Assembly: GCA_000004985.1 (NCBI GenBank)
Contig: GG738915.1
Reading direction: 5' to 3' (one strand)
DNA from: Naegleria gruberi
Lineage: Eukaryota
Length of the DNA stretch: 64,000 nt
Under the pieces are notes generated by a model. The model searched no databases. It was not told where the DNA came from and saw only the letters and a program-made list of their open reading frames with translations. A program made the translations under genes and the position numbers. This document shows positions 13,201 through 24,338 of this stretch, piece by piece (within the stretch, counting starts at the first letter, position 1; the number at the start of each line of letters is the position of its first letter).

Positions 13201-16200
13201 GATACTATCACCTGCCTTCAATTTGTAATCAGAATCAAGTTCAATTGAGAATTCAAAGGTTTCCTTGTTAGTCCAGTAACATTTTGGTTTGGTTCCAAGA
13301 AGATCAACACTCTTCAACAACTTGTTACAATCAAGAATCATACTATTGGTATATGTAGAAGAATAAGATGCAGGTGCAACAACCTTAAATTTCAAACCAG
13401 TCAAATCATCCATAAAAAGAACTGGTCCAATAATCTTGGTTGAACACAATTCACCATAAACTCCATCAGCACATGAGGAACAAGATTCACCCTTCCAGAA
13501 ACCCTTCTTGTTATCAGCAAAACAAGTACATTGTTCAAGATCATTACAATAACCATTTCCACTGCAAGTTGTTGTGGCATTACATTTAACCAAACTACTA
13601 CACATAGAACCAATGTATGGAGAAACACATACTGAACAAACTGAACCAGTCCAAAAACCCTTGACAGCTGTACTATCACAAACACAAGTATTAAAGTCTG
13701 TACATTTACCATGTCCAGAACAAACAGATGAAGCATTAGAAGAAATGCCACCACAAGTGAATTGAGCACAATCACTTCCAGAATATCCAGGTTGACAAGA
13801 ACAATGATCGAAAGAATCACATCTACCTTTTCCAGAACAAGCTGATGCAGTTGAGGAAATTCCAAAACAATTAAATTGGCTACAATCATTACCAAAATAT
13901 CCAGCTGAACAGGAGCAATTATTTGGAGAATTACAAGTACCATTACCAGAACAAACAAAGGCATTGCTTGGGGCAATACCAAAACATTTGAAAGAACTGC
14001 AATCTGATCCACTGTATCCACTTGAGCAGGAACAGTTATTTGGGGAGATACAACTACCGTGATTTGTACATACTGATGCACTAGTTGAGGCAGTTCCATA
14101 ACAATCAAATTTTCGACAATCATTTCCGTAGTATCCACTTGAACAGGAGCAGTTATTTGGTGAGATGCAACTACCATGTCTAGAACAAACTGAACCACTT
14201 GTTGAGACAGTTCCATAACAATCATATTGAGTACACTCGTTCCCATAATATCCAACTAAACACGAACAGTTATTTGGTGAGAGACAACTACCATGTCTAG
14301 AACAAACTGAACCACTTGTTGAGGAAGTTCCATAACAATCATATTGAGTACACTCATTTCCATAATAGCCTGATAAGCATGAGCAATTATTTGGGGAGAT
14401 ACAACTTCCGTGATTAGAACATGATGATGTATTTGTGGAGGCAGTTCCATAACAATCAAATTGGCTACAATCACTTCCATAGTATCCAGAGACACATGAA
14501 CAATTATTTGGTGACAAGCAACTACCATGTCCTGAACATGCTGAACTTGTTGATACATTTCCATAACAATCAAATTGACTACAATCATTTCCGTAATAGC
14601 CTGATGAACATGAACAATTATTTGAGGCAACACAACTACCGTGTCCAGAACAAACTGAACCACTCGTGAATATAGTTCCATAACAATCAAATTGGCTACA
14701 ATCATTTCCATAATATCCAACTAAACATGAACAGTTATTTGGGGAGATACAACTCACCATATCTAGAACAAACTGAACCACTTGTTGAGGAAGTTCCATA
14801 ACAATCATATTGAGTACACTCATTTCCATAATAGCCTGATAAGCATGAGCAATTATTTGGGGAGATACAACTTCNNNNNNNNNNNNNNNNNNNNNNNNNN
14901 NNNNNNNNNNNNNNNNNNNNNNNNNNNNNNNNNNNNNNNNNNNNNNNNNNNNNNNNNNNNNNNNNNNNNNNNNNNNNNNTGCCATAACATTGGAAAGAGC
15001 TGCAATCTGATCCACTATATCCAGCTAAGCATGAGCAGTTATTTGGTGAGAGACAGGCACCGTGTCCAGAACATACTGAACCATTTGTTGAGGCAATTCC
15101 AAAACAATCAAATTGACTACAATCATTTCCATAGTGGTCATTAGAGCATGAGCAATTATTTGGTGAGATACAACTTCCTTGACCAGAACAAGCTGATGAA
15201 GAAGTAAATAAGGTACCAAAACATTCATATTGGCTACAGTCACCAAAGTAACCTGAAGCACATGAACAATTATTTGGGGCAATGCAACTACCACGACCAG
15301 AACAAACTGATGAACTTATACCTGGGGCAATTCCATAACATTTGAATAAACTACAATCTTCACCACTGTATCCAGATGAGCAGGAACAACTGTTTGGAGC
15401 AACACAACTTCCATGTCCTGAGCAAACTTTGCGGTCAGTATTCAAATAATCACCACATGTAAAAAGTTGACAGTTTGAACCAGAGTAAGTGGTAGATTCG
15501 CAGTCACAAGTATCAGTTTTTGTACATGTTCCGTGACCTGAGCATACAGTAGAGTTGTCACCTGAAATTCCATTACATGTTGGATATTGACAAGTATTAG
15601 GAGCAACACATGTGGCATATGTTGGACATGCTTCTGGATGTGTGGCCACGATACCATTACACTTTGGAGTTTTACATTCACTACCTCCCCACAAAACACC
15701 ATAATTTGTCAAATCATTTACAGAAGGAAAACCGGTAATTGACTCGGCATTTAACGTAAAGCAATGATCTTAGAAAATTGTTTGTGAACAAAGTTAAAGC
15801 TTAATTACTTACCAGTGGAGGAATAAACAACCAAATGGCCATCGACTTGAAGAACAAATTTAAAAGGTCCAGTATGGGTACCACAATCATTTTTTGGATC
15901 AAGAGTGGTAATCAAAGAAGCACCATCCATAATCTTTAGAGAACCATCATCTTGGCTGAGCACAAGCTTGTAGCCACCATTTTTTGCAGGACCCACTGAT
16001 CTTTGAAAGTTTTTCATGAAAACACCCTCATAAAATTGAGAAAGACTTCCATCATTGTTCAATGTAAGTGCAATTTTTCCATCAGCAGATGTTAATGTGT
16101 TCGTTGCGAGGAGAATTGGCGACTCAGCAGTAAGGGCTGTAGAAGGGGAAATATCAACACAAAGACAATTATCATTTCCGAAGCAAATATTACCGCCACA

Positions 16201-16302
16201 AGTAGAAGTGTTTGTTCCTGGAATGCCATAGCATGTTGAAGCTGAAACCTCACTCACAATGAAAAGCAAGAGGATTGCCAACACTGAAAAGAACAGTTTC
16301 AT
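10276..16302 (-). CDS. Giant type-I membrane adhesion-type protein. It has a signal peptide and a bulb-type (mannose-binding, B-lectin) domain. About 30 tenascin-type EGF repeats follow (each about 31 aa, e.g. CSGHGSC.SPNNCSC.SGYYGNDCSQFDCYG), then a beta-rich extracellular region of about 900 aa, a TM helix (LFWILWSFLIICFIIFAFIVLGIVGWYVV) and a short cytoplasmic tail. It is interrupted by a 105-N gap (14875-14979) and an apparent frameshift near 14750.
   Basis: Exon 1 (16302..15813) encodes MKLFFSVLAILLLFIVSEVSAS, then a B-lectin domain with QxDxxL-type motifs (LSQDDGSLKI, QVDGHLVVY). A GTAAGT donor begins right after ...SSTG, and a 44-nt intron (15812..15769, ...TTTTCTAAG) joins in phase 1 to exon 2. 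Exon 2 is in frame with track ORFs 14735..15712 and 10276..15015. The EGF cysteine spacing is read directly from the translation. 14290-14404 and 14760-14874 are near-identical at the nucleotide level. Confidence 0.7.
14875..14979. other. Assembly gap (105 N) inside the EGF-repeat array of the giant lectin-EGF gene
   Basis: n run. Confidence 1.
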
Positions 16303-17001
16303 GTTGTGAATTTTTAATCTTCGAATTTTCAAATTGAATGATTTAACTTTGGCTTATTGAAAAACAAGGACCAATTATGGAAGAATTAATAATGTGCTTA
16401 ATGTTACTAAATAATACTACAGCTAAGGATGCAGAAAAGACCCTATTGATTCAAGTTCATCACAGCATGTGCTAAGAATCAAGCTATAACCATTCCATAT
16501 TTTGCTAGGGCATTATTAAAATCCCCTAATTTGTAGGCAAAAGGTTTATTATAGTAACTCGAGTTCTGTCGCTGCAGTGTTTCTTTTAGTATAGAGCTAC
16601 AAAATAGTTTGGAATTCGATAATATACCTAAATTTAGACCTTGTTTTCGCCTTAATAATTTTTTAATAAATCCATGCTAACGGGAATGAATTGGCTTGTT
16701 GAGGAGTGATTGAGGATGGATAAAAAACAATCAATATTACCTTCTGAACATTGAAACGTTGCTAGTACTTGTAATATTGAAACTGCTCGAAAAACAAATT
16801 GTTATTGTCATGAAAGAGACGAGGCACCAAACACCTTGTGTTCACCACTTTTCATGTTGCTTTGTTGGTGCTCTATTTGGTGAGATACATTACTATATTA
16901 TAATTGCTGTAAATCTACTACAGTAGACTAATTGTGCTTGCAAAATAGCACTTGTGTTTTGAATTTTCAATAATGGTCTCGTTTTGGCATGCCAACACAA
17001 A

Positions 17002-17862
17002 TCAAGGCTTATCAAGGTCTATAAATAATGTATAGACCATCGCCTTATTAACACCAGCGGATGTGTTTGATGACACCTCAAACATTGTGCCACAACATGT
17101 TACATGGGGAATTATCAATCCAACTATTTTCCAAGTGTTTGGTTTCATCCCAAACACGCCACTCTTGAAAATCATCAACAACTCTTTCATAATTGTTGTT
17201 TGGTGTATTCTTGTTAAGATACCATAGGTTTCATCTGGAATAATTACAACACAGCCAACATCAGTCAAACAAAATGTTGAAGGAATATTTCACGAGTTTT
17301 CATTGTTTATTAGACACTAGATACGTCTTTCAAAAACTCTTTCAGCCATCAATCTTCCATGATAGATAGATCCTTGGAAAGAATTGTAATTTCTAGTTTC
17401 CTTCAATTCAAAACCATGTTGAAGCAACAATTCCCAAAGTCCATTCGAATTTTGAATCATTGGTCCAGCATTAATATTTGAATAATTATCATTAATCAAT
17501 TCCTTTCCCAATTTCAGCTCTACAACATCACCATCCAATTGAACTCTTACAATGACATCTCCAATTTGGTAATCATCAATGGATGGAAAATCCATTTCGA
17601 ATATTTCCTTGAAAATTGCTAAAGGAAGGGACAATCTTTGCATGACTTCAAAGGTTGGAGTCCAAGCAGCTACCTCCTTTACAGTGATATATTGCTTAGT
17701 TTTCTTCTTTCTAATAACTGTTGTAGTAGGTTTGCTTGGTTTCACAATAATTTCTGGTACTGTATCGACAGCTGTTTCAACAACAACTGGTTCTTGGACA
17801 GGAATTGGTTTCTCCTTCTTGACTGAGACAACTGCAGAAAGTGGTGGAGGTGGAGGTGGCAT
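17002..17862 (-). CDS. Hypothetical protein with a poly-Pro N-terminus (MPPPPPPLSAV...). It is either 181 aa ending at TAG 17317, or spliced (candidate 90-nt intron 17324..17235, GTATCT...TTCCAG, phase 1) to the 17002..17234 ORF.
   Basis: ATG at 17860-17862. The downstream ORF stays open in the phase required by the candidate splice and has no ATG of its own (TTG). Confidence 0.4.
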
Positions 17863-18184
17863 GATGATCTTTGTTTTTTTTAATGTTGTGTGTGTTAGAA
17901 TGTCACTTTGTTAGACGGACTTTTAAAGCACTAATCTTTTGGGGTAGAAGAACTGGAAGGAAGACTGTAAAGTTTATGGAACACATCAAAAATATAAAGA
18001 TACAAGCTAGCTGGTGCCTCTTCCTTTTTAAATTATTTGGAACAAGGTGAAACTTCGAATAGATCTAATGCATTACAATGAATGTTACAACAAAATCCAA
18101 TAACAGTTATTCTAAAGTAGCAAACGGGTTGGAGTGAATTATGTCAAAAAAGTCTAAAAAAAGGTTTTGAGTTTAAAAGGGAAT

Positions 18185-18256
18185 GGGGACCAGTGGGAAT
18201 CGAACCCACGGCCTCTCGCACCCAAAGCGAGAATCATACCACTAGACCATGGTCCC
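18185..18256 (-). tRNA. tRNA-Pro (anticodon TGG)
   Basis: Reverse complement GGGACCATGGTCTAGTGGTATGATTCTCGCTTTGGGTGCGAGAGGCCGTGGGTTCGATTCCCACTGGTCCCC. It forms a 7-bp acceptor stem, the anticodon loop TTTGGGT, and a T-arm GTGGGTTCGATTCCCAC. It is near-identical to canonical eukaryotic tRNA-Pro. Confidence 0.85.
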
Positions 18257-18323
18257 TTACACTTAGATATTGAGAAAAGTCATATCCCTTATATACCCTT
18301 AATAAAATTATGAAAGATTTATT

Positions 18324-20882
18324 CTAAAGCCAACTAAATTCTACACTTTCAGCATCATAAAATACAAAGGAAGGATAAACAGGAAGCCTAATATTGTCTA
18401 TACGTGTCAGTAAGACTCCACTCTTTGCGATTTGTAATGATTGTTGTTTACAATCCAATGTGAATACTAGAACGTCTCCTTTTTGATAGGTAGCTCCTTC
18501 AATCTTAGAATAATATGGATCAGCAAGTTGTCTATTCCATACATAACCATTTGCAGAGAGGAAGTAACTTCCGTGATCATCATATGGCGAAACACTCAAA
18601 TTGCTCTTAGCAGCCACTTCTCTTCTTGTAACGCCGAGACCAATCCATGAGAGTGAAAGAATTCTTACTTGCCATTTGAAAATGCTCGAGTCTTGATTCA
18701 ACTTGCCTAGAGGAGTATTGACAAAAACATTTGTATAGGAACCTGAATTTGTTTTAGTCACAACATGACCATTCACTGAAATGCATGATGGTAAATATTT
18801 GAAGGATGGAGGTTTGTGTATCAATGAAGAAGTATCAACAATGGTATTTTCCAAATATTCCAAAAATTCAACCTCTTCCTTACCATACAACATGAGGAAT
18901 GGATAAACTGGAAGTGAGACATTCTCAATAGTAGCCATCTTGTTGGTAATTATATTCTTGTAAAAGTTCAACTCTCTTGTAATACAATTCAATTCGATAA
19001 TAATGACATCTCCCTCAGTAAATTTAGCCGTTTCTACAAGCTTGTATTTTGGATCTTTCATATTATCATCCCAAACATATCCATTGGCAGAAATTATAAA
19101 GGCTCCATTATTGTCATATGGTGAATAGGACTGATAAGTGGACAAATTTACATTTTCCTTTTTAATCATACCAATACCTGCCCAATTTGCCAACTTGTTA
19201 ATTTTAACCTTGTATCTCTTGATAATATGTTCCAAACTCAACTCTCTATTCACATACACGTTGGAGTATCCAGTATCGGTCAACTTTTTAATTTTACATC
19301 CTACACTTTCAATATTTTCTGGATTATGTTTGAATTCAAGAACTCCTTCAAACTTGTAGGCATCTGGATTGGAATAGGAACCTTCTTGTTGAAAATCGAG
19401 TAATTCTACAGATTCCATTCCGTGCATCATGACAAAAGGATAGACGGGTAAGTGTACTTGTTTGAATGTGATTAAATTTTTACCCTCTTTTGTGAGTGTC
19501 AACTCCTTTGAGGCGCAATTAAGCTCCAATGTAATAATATCTCCAGCAGAGCAAGAAGCTCCACAGTTAGTATACTTGTTTGTACCCTCATAGAATGCAC
19601 TCCATCCATATCCATTGAGTGAGTAAATGTACCCTCCATGATTATCGTATGGAGAAAGATTATGGAATCGGCCTTGAGCAATTTCCTTAGCAACTACACC
19701 CAAACCAATCCAAGAGGTAGTCGAAAGAATTTTAATTCTCCATTTGAAGAGGCCATAATTACTTGCATCACCAAGTAAGTTCTTGAAGAATATAGTGTGA
19801 TAACTATCCTTTGTCTTTTTGGTTAGCTTTTTTCCCTCAACAGTCATGTGGTAGCTATGACATACAAAATCTACATTGACTGGTTGTACTGATGATTGAG
19901 TTTCTGTTAATCCCATAAATTCTACAGATTCCATTCCGTGCATCATAAAGGATGGATAAACTGGTAGGGGAATATCATTGATGGTAGCTACCTTTCCATT
20001 ATTTCTATATATTACCAATTCTCTCTTTCCACAATTCAGTTCAAGAGACATTAAATCACCTGCTACAAAGTTGGAATTTGCAACATATTCATACTTGTTA
20101 GTTGATGCAAGTTGTCTATTCCAAATATATCCATTTGCAGAGAGCATATAAGCCCCATGTTCATCATACGGAGAGAAAGCAAATTTATGATCATCTCCAA
20201 TGTGAGTATGAGCAACACCAATTGCTAACCATGATTTGATAGTGTTAATCTTGACATTCCACTTGTACACAGTAGTCTTATTTTGAGGAAGAGCTCCCAA
20301 TGGAGTATGGAAAAATACACTAGTGTAGGCACTTGATGTTGTCTTTTCAAGTATATTGGAAGAAGAGAGATCTCCAAAATGAGCCTTATCATAGATGAAT
20401 TGAGGTGGCTTTTCAATTGGGGGAGGTTGAGTTGTTTGTGAATAGGAAGTAATTGGATTCATCATACCAATATTTATCATCGTAGAGCCATAAATTGCAT
20501 TGGATTGTTGTTGATAATGTTGTTGTTCTGGAATATTAGACGATGCAAAGAGATTGTTATTGATCAAGCGAGCCGATAGTGACTTGTCCATATCAACCAA
20601 TTTGATATTAGCAAATTGCTTCATCAAGGCTTCCTCTCCTCCAGCTCTCTCCGTGCTATACACTAGAGTTTCAAGAGGAGGAGGTTCTATTAATGGGGAA
20701 GGCTTCATCATCATTTGACTTCCGTAATTATTATTAGAAATATTATTACTACTATTCATCACCATTGAAGGAACAGGCACCTGATGTTGATGAGGTGATT
20801 GTTGCTGCTGCTGCTGTTGTTGATTTGTACTACCACTGCTGCCGGTTGGATATTGCTGATGAGTGTTGGGCGGATAGTTCAT
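18324..20882 (-). CDS. Protein of 852 aa with a Q/N/P-rich low-complexity N-terminus, followed by four tandem SPRY-like (concanavalin-like) domains
   Basis: Four repeats of about 150 aa share the SPRY pattern (YKWNVKI..SWLAIGVA...SPYD.HG.Y.LSANGY.W.......Y......GD...LELNC..REL.....G..ATI....LPVYPS.M.HGMESVEF). ATG at 20880-20882. Confidence 0.65.
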   Translation of the reverse strand: MNYPPNTHQQYPTGSSGSTNQQQQQQQQSPHQHQVPVPSMVMNSSNNISNNNYGSQMMMKPSPLIEPPPLETLVYSTERAGGEEALMKQFANIKLVDMDKSLSARLINNNLFASSNIPEQQHYQQQSNAIYGSTMINIGMMNPITSYSQTTQPPPIEKPPQFIYDKAHFGDLSSSNILEKTTSSAYTSVFFHTPLGALPQNKTTVYKWNVKINTIKSWLAIGVAHTHIGDDHKFAFSPYDEHGAYMLSANGYIWNRQLASTNKYEYVANSNFVAGDLMSLELNCGKRELVIYRNNGKVATINDIPLPVYPSFMMHGMESVEFMGLTETQSSVQPVNVDFVCHSYHMTVEGKKLTKKTKDSYHTIFFKNLLGDASNYGLFKWRIKILSTTSWIGLGVVAKEIAQGRFHNLSPYDNHGGYIYSLNGYGWSAFYEGTNKYTNCGASCSAGDIITLELNCASKELTLTKEGKNLITFKQVHLPVYPFVMMHGMESVELLDFQQEGSYSNPDAYKFEGVLEFKHNPENIESVGCKIKKLTDTGYSNVYVNRELSLEHIIKRYKVKINKLANWAGIGMIKKENVNLSTYQSYSPYDNNGAFIISANGYVWDDNMKDPKYKLVETAKFTEGDVIIIELNCITRELNFYKNIITNKMATIENVSLPVYPFLMLYGKEEVEFLEYLENTIVDTSSLIHKPPSFKYLPSCISVNGHVVTKTNSGSYTNVFVNTPLGKLNQDSSIFKWQVRILSLSWIGLGVTRREVAAKSNLSVSPYDDHGSYFLSANGYVWNRQLADPYYSKIEGATYQKGDVLVFTLDCKQQSLQIAKSGVLLTRIDNIRLPVYPSFVFYDAESVEFSWL

Positions 20883-21181
20883 TTTTTAAAGATGATATTG
20901 ATGTTTTTAGATGCGAGTTCATGCAGGTGACGGGTAGGAAGATAGAAAATAGTACCACTACATTGTTGGCGAGTTTTTGTTGTGCTTTTTTAAAGTCTTT
21001 GGAAGAGACCAACGATACTGTGTGATGATTGTTGATGATGCTTCTGTCTAAAGAGAGAGGTAAAACTAGCCGTTGAAAAATTCAAAAATTTTATCAAAAA
21101 AAAATAAAACACAACACTTCTCTCGCCAAATCATCACGAATTTTTTATCAACATGTAGGAAGAGAATGGCAATATTGTTAT

Positions 21182-22654
21182 TTAATAATTAGTCTTTACA
21201 CCAAAACGTTGATTCAAAGCATCAATAGCAGACTTTACAGCACCTACTGACCATGTTCTCTCTAAATGGAAGGCTTCACCAACAAGTACAACATTTTCAT
21301 TCTGGATAGGATTCAAGGCCCACTTTTGTTTATCAGCCAAAGTAACTGCAGCACTAGGTTGTTCAAAATACCAAGCATCAGGCCATAATTTGAATACAGT
21401 TTCAAGAGGTTGTGGAATGGACACTCCAGGATAGATAGCCGTCAAGTATTGGAGGATGGTCTTCTCAATCAGAGACTTTCCACCACCTAGATATAGGTCA
21501 TTCCACTCTCTGGCACAATGTCCATCAGCATAGGAAACTCTGAAGGCATTACTTTCGATACCACTTGGAGTAATTGGAATTTCAATGAGTTGGATACAAT
21601 TGGAATCAGTCCAGATTCTTCTGGCTGGTGAAGCTTGTTCCCACCATCTTTGTTGGAATCTCATGGTGATGGTGGAGACTGGAAGTGGCTTGGATTGTTT
21701 GAATGCAGGTTCAGCATTCAATGTGGCAGCAATGCTTCCCTTGATATCTTTCAAGGCAAGTGGTGGAATGGCAATCACAACGTTCTTTGCTTCTATATTT
21801 CTCAAACATGTTTGGATGCGGTATTTCTTGTTGGTAGTACTGCTTGAGTGTGGATTGATGGTTTGAACAGTTTCAGATAAAAGGAATCTGACCTTTCCAC
21901 TTTGTTGAGCAATGAGTGACATTTTTCTAACAAATTCTCCCATACCACCAACCGGATAAAAGTTCAATGGGTCAATAGAATCAACATTGGCAAATTCAGC
22001 ATAGGTCTTTCTATCAACAGCTTGGAAATCACCTCTGAATCTGAAGGTAGATTGGAAATAGGACATTTCTTCAGCACTTCCCAATCCAGCTTGTGTGAAA
22101 GAGAAGGTATCTTGCAATGTGGAATTGATAAAGAATTCACTTGAAGTTCCAAGCAATACATCCCAGCCACTCACAGCACCAGTTGCCTTTGGATAAGCTT
22201 GACTTCTCAAAACGTTCTTATCATTGGTACTAACATCTCTAGAGACCATCAAGACATTACTTGGCAAATTCAAATCTTGAGCTTCACTCTTATCCAAGTA
22301 ATATCCACCAACGAGAGTAATATTCAATTCCTTAGCAAGATTCTTCATGACAGTATGTTGATTGTTAACTCTGATACCACCAATATCATACTTTTTAGAA
22401 TTACCCAATGTGAAAGTTTCCAATCGACCACCAAGTCTATCAGTAGATTCAACCACACAGATATTGTTCTTTCCATTCTTTGCAAGTTGGTAGGCAGTGA
22501 AAACACCTGAGATACCACCACCCAGGATGGCATAATCACAGGCCAATGTTGGGGTGGCAGTTGTGGTGGTAGAATCAGCTGAATGCACTTTCTCTGAGAG
22601 AACGAACGAAAGTTGGGATTCCACTAACAGCAAACAAGGTTGTTGTGGCAACAA
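21182..22654 (-). CDS. Flavin-containing amine oxidase family protein (FAD dinucleotide-binding motif AILGGGISGVFTAYQLA ... VVESTDRLGGR). Probably has one or two additional short 5' exons, up to about 22835, encoding a hydrophobic signal-anchor.
   Basis: GxGxxG Rossmann motif plus the conserved E-x(5)-GGR typical of amine oxidases and L-amino-acid oxidases. The track ORF starts with TTG. Upstream there is an ATG (about 22833-22835), a GTATGT...TTTTGCAG intron, and an exon encoding ILLYISILAITCVIVATTTLFA. Confidence 0.7.
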   Translation of the reverse strand: MLPQQPCLLLVESQLSFVLSEKVHSADSTTTTATPTLACDYAILGGGISGVFTAYQLAKNGKNNICVVESTDRLGGRLETFTLGNSKKYDIGGIRVNNQHTVMKNLAKELNITLVGGYYLDKSEAQDLNLPSNVLMVSRDVSTNDKNVLRSQAYPKATGAVSGWDVLLGTSSEFFINSTLQDTFSFTQAGLGSAEEMSYFQSTFRFRGDFQAVDRKTYAEFANVDSIDPLNFYPVGGMGEFVRKMSLIAQQSGKVRFLLSETVQTINPHSSSTTNKKYRIQTCLRNIEAKNVVIAIPPLALKDIKGSIAATLNAEPAFKQSKPLPVSTITMRFQQRWWEQASPARRIWTDSNCIQLIEIPITPSGIESNAFRVSYADGHCAREWNDLYLGGGKSLIEKTILQYLTAIYPGVSIPQPLETVFKLWPDAWYFEQPSAAVTLADKQKWALNPIQNENVVLVGEAFHLERTWSVGAVKSAIDALNQRFGVKTNY

Positions 22655-23151
22655 TTACACAAGTAATTGCCAATATGGAAATGTAGAGAAGAATTGTTCT
22701 TGTTGATGAAGAAACATTTTTGGTTTCTGCAAAAGGTTTCGAATAGGTATCACAGATGATTGGTAAGGTTAATTAGCATTTAAACATACCTTGATGAACC
22801 TCTATGTCTACAAGTTCAGGTTGAGTGTTGTTCATATTTTTTTTGTTGTTTGGATTTAGAATAAACGCCTACTGGAATCCATACGAAAATGGATTCTATG
22901 AGATTTCATTCAACGTACAGCCATTTCCGACACAAATGTCAAGCCCTCTCTCAGAATGTCTGCACCCTAAAACATTCGTTACTGTTATTGGTCATAAGGA
23001 TTCTTAAAATTGAATCGATTTATTGATAAACCATATAGATTATTTTAGTATTTATTTCGAATTGAGAAGTTAAGCGCAAATTCACGACGTGCACCTTCGG
23101 TAGTATGAATTAGAGTGAACACATATGATCTCATTTCTTCTCAACTACAGT

Positions 23152-24213
23152 TCATTCGAGTTGGGTAATAATATCCCTCCAACTCTTTACAAGAGAGTCA
23201 GGATCTTTCAATAATTGAGAAATGATTGGTTCTGTCAATATTCTAAACTCGAATTGAGATTTTGGATTTTCAAAGAGTGGCTCTGTATCCTTCTCCCAAT
23301 CAAACAAACCAACTCCAGTTGTCGTTAAATACGGATTAATTTCCAACAACTTGACACTGAATTGATTGGCTTCATTCTTCGTTAGAGAAAAGTCCACAAT
23401 ATAATTGGTCAACTCTGGAGCATGTTCTTGCAATACTGGTTTGATCGTGGTTGAAAAGAATTCCTTACAATGCTTTTCAATTTCTTCCTTATCCTTTTCA
23501 AGAGATTCCAAATAACATTGAGTGAAATATTGTGAAAGACATTTCAATTCTCCATTGTAAACAATTCCTCTAAATTCAGATTCAAGAGTCATGTTTGCAT
23601 CCCACGGTCTCACAACTAATCCCAATGAAAAATCACTTTCGAATGTTAAATCCAACAGCAAGTCATATTCAATTCTAGAACTTTGAGAAAGTAATGAAAT
23701 TGCTTCTTGTGCATTGTAAACTCTCAAGCATTGAAGTGAGGCAAAATACAATGCAGACCAATGAGCATTTCTTTTCAAATCAACATTCGTAAATTGATTG
23801 GGATTAAATCGAGGAGTTTCCAATAATTCACGATACTTCTTCATTGTCTTTTCATGATTTGGAGTGATATCCTTTGGAGAACGACTTGTCAACTTGACAA
23901 TAAATCCATCTCTATAATTATTCTCATTCAGCTCTTTCATAATTTTTTCAATATTATCCGAAACTTGTTTCAATTCCATTAAATCTTGTTCATTCTCCAT
24001 CACTGTTCCCTTCTTAAAGTGTCTACACAAGTGCAAGAGAGCTTTCCCTTGTTGGACAGTTAGCGGAATAGTTCGGGTTGGCATGGTTTCGTTTTTCTCA
24101 TCGAATGATGTGATGAACTTGTCCATATTTACTCCGAAATATGTTTCTTTTATCTTTCTGGCTTCTTCCTCTGATTCTTCAAATTCTAATCTATCCAATT
24201 CAACTTCAATCAT
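23152..24213 (-). CDS. Cdc123/D123-family-like protein (353 aa)
   Basis: Motifs FIVKLTSRSPKD (cf. the family KLNWSSPKDA box) and C-terminal LLEINPYLTTTGVGLFDWEKD (cf. LIDFNPF..T...LFSWEEL). ATG at 24211-24213. Assigned from memory of the family, not from a search. Confidence 0.5.
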   Translation of the reverse strand: MIEVELDRLEFEESEEEARKIKETYFGVNMDKFITSFDEKNETMPTRTIPLTVQQGKALLHLCRHFKKGTVMENEQDLMELKQVSDNIEKIMKELNENNYRDGFIVKLTSRSPKDITPNHEKTMKKYRELLETPRFNPNQFTNVDLKRNAHWSALYFASLQCLRVYNAQEAISLLSQSSRIEYDLLLDLTFESDFSLGLVVRPWDANMTLESEFRGIVYNGELKCLSQYFTQCYLESLEKDKEEIEKHCKEFFSTTIKPVLQEHAPELTNYIVDFSLTKNEANQFSVKLLEINPYLTTTGVGLFDWEKDTEPLFENPKSQFEFRILTEPIISQLLKDPDSLVKSWRDIITQLE

Positions 24214-24338
24214 TTTTTATTAGTTTGAATTGATGAAATGAACTAATTTTTGCTTTGTTTAGTTTTCAAAGTTCATTCAATAAACAGAACTTGGAACTGT
24301 TGGTAAAACTAATCATTTCAGACATAATTGCCATAAAA

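Noticed and set aside
13401-15294. Antisense and alternate-frame ORFs inside the EGF-repeat gene (13401..14255, 14256..14720, 14421..14669, 14782..15144, 15025..15294, 15442..15702)
   Set aside because: These are by-products of highly repetitive, codon-biased coding DNA read in the wrong frame or strand (MDIMEMIVANLIVMEL-type junk). The sense frame gives perfect EGF cysteine spacing.
15805-16332. Stand-alone small secreted bulb-type lectin, comitin-like
   Set aside because: Its stop codon overlaps a consensus GTAAGT donor and the downstream frame is restored by a 44-nt intron. A stand-alone lectin is kept only as the alternative to be refuted by transcript data.
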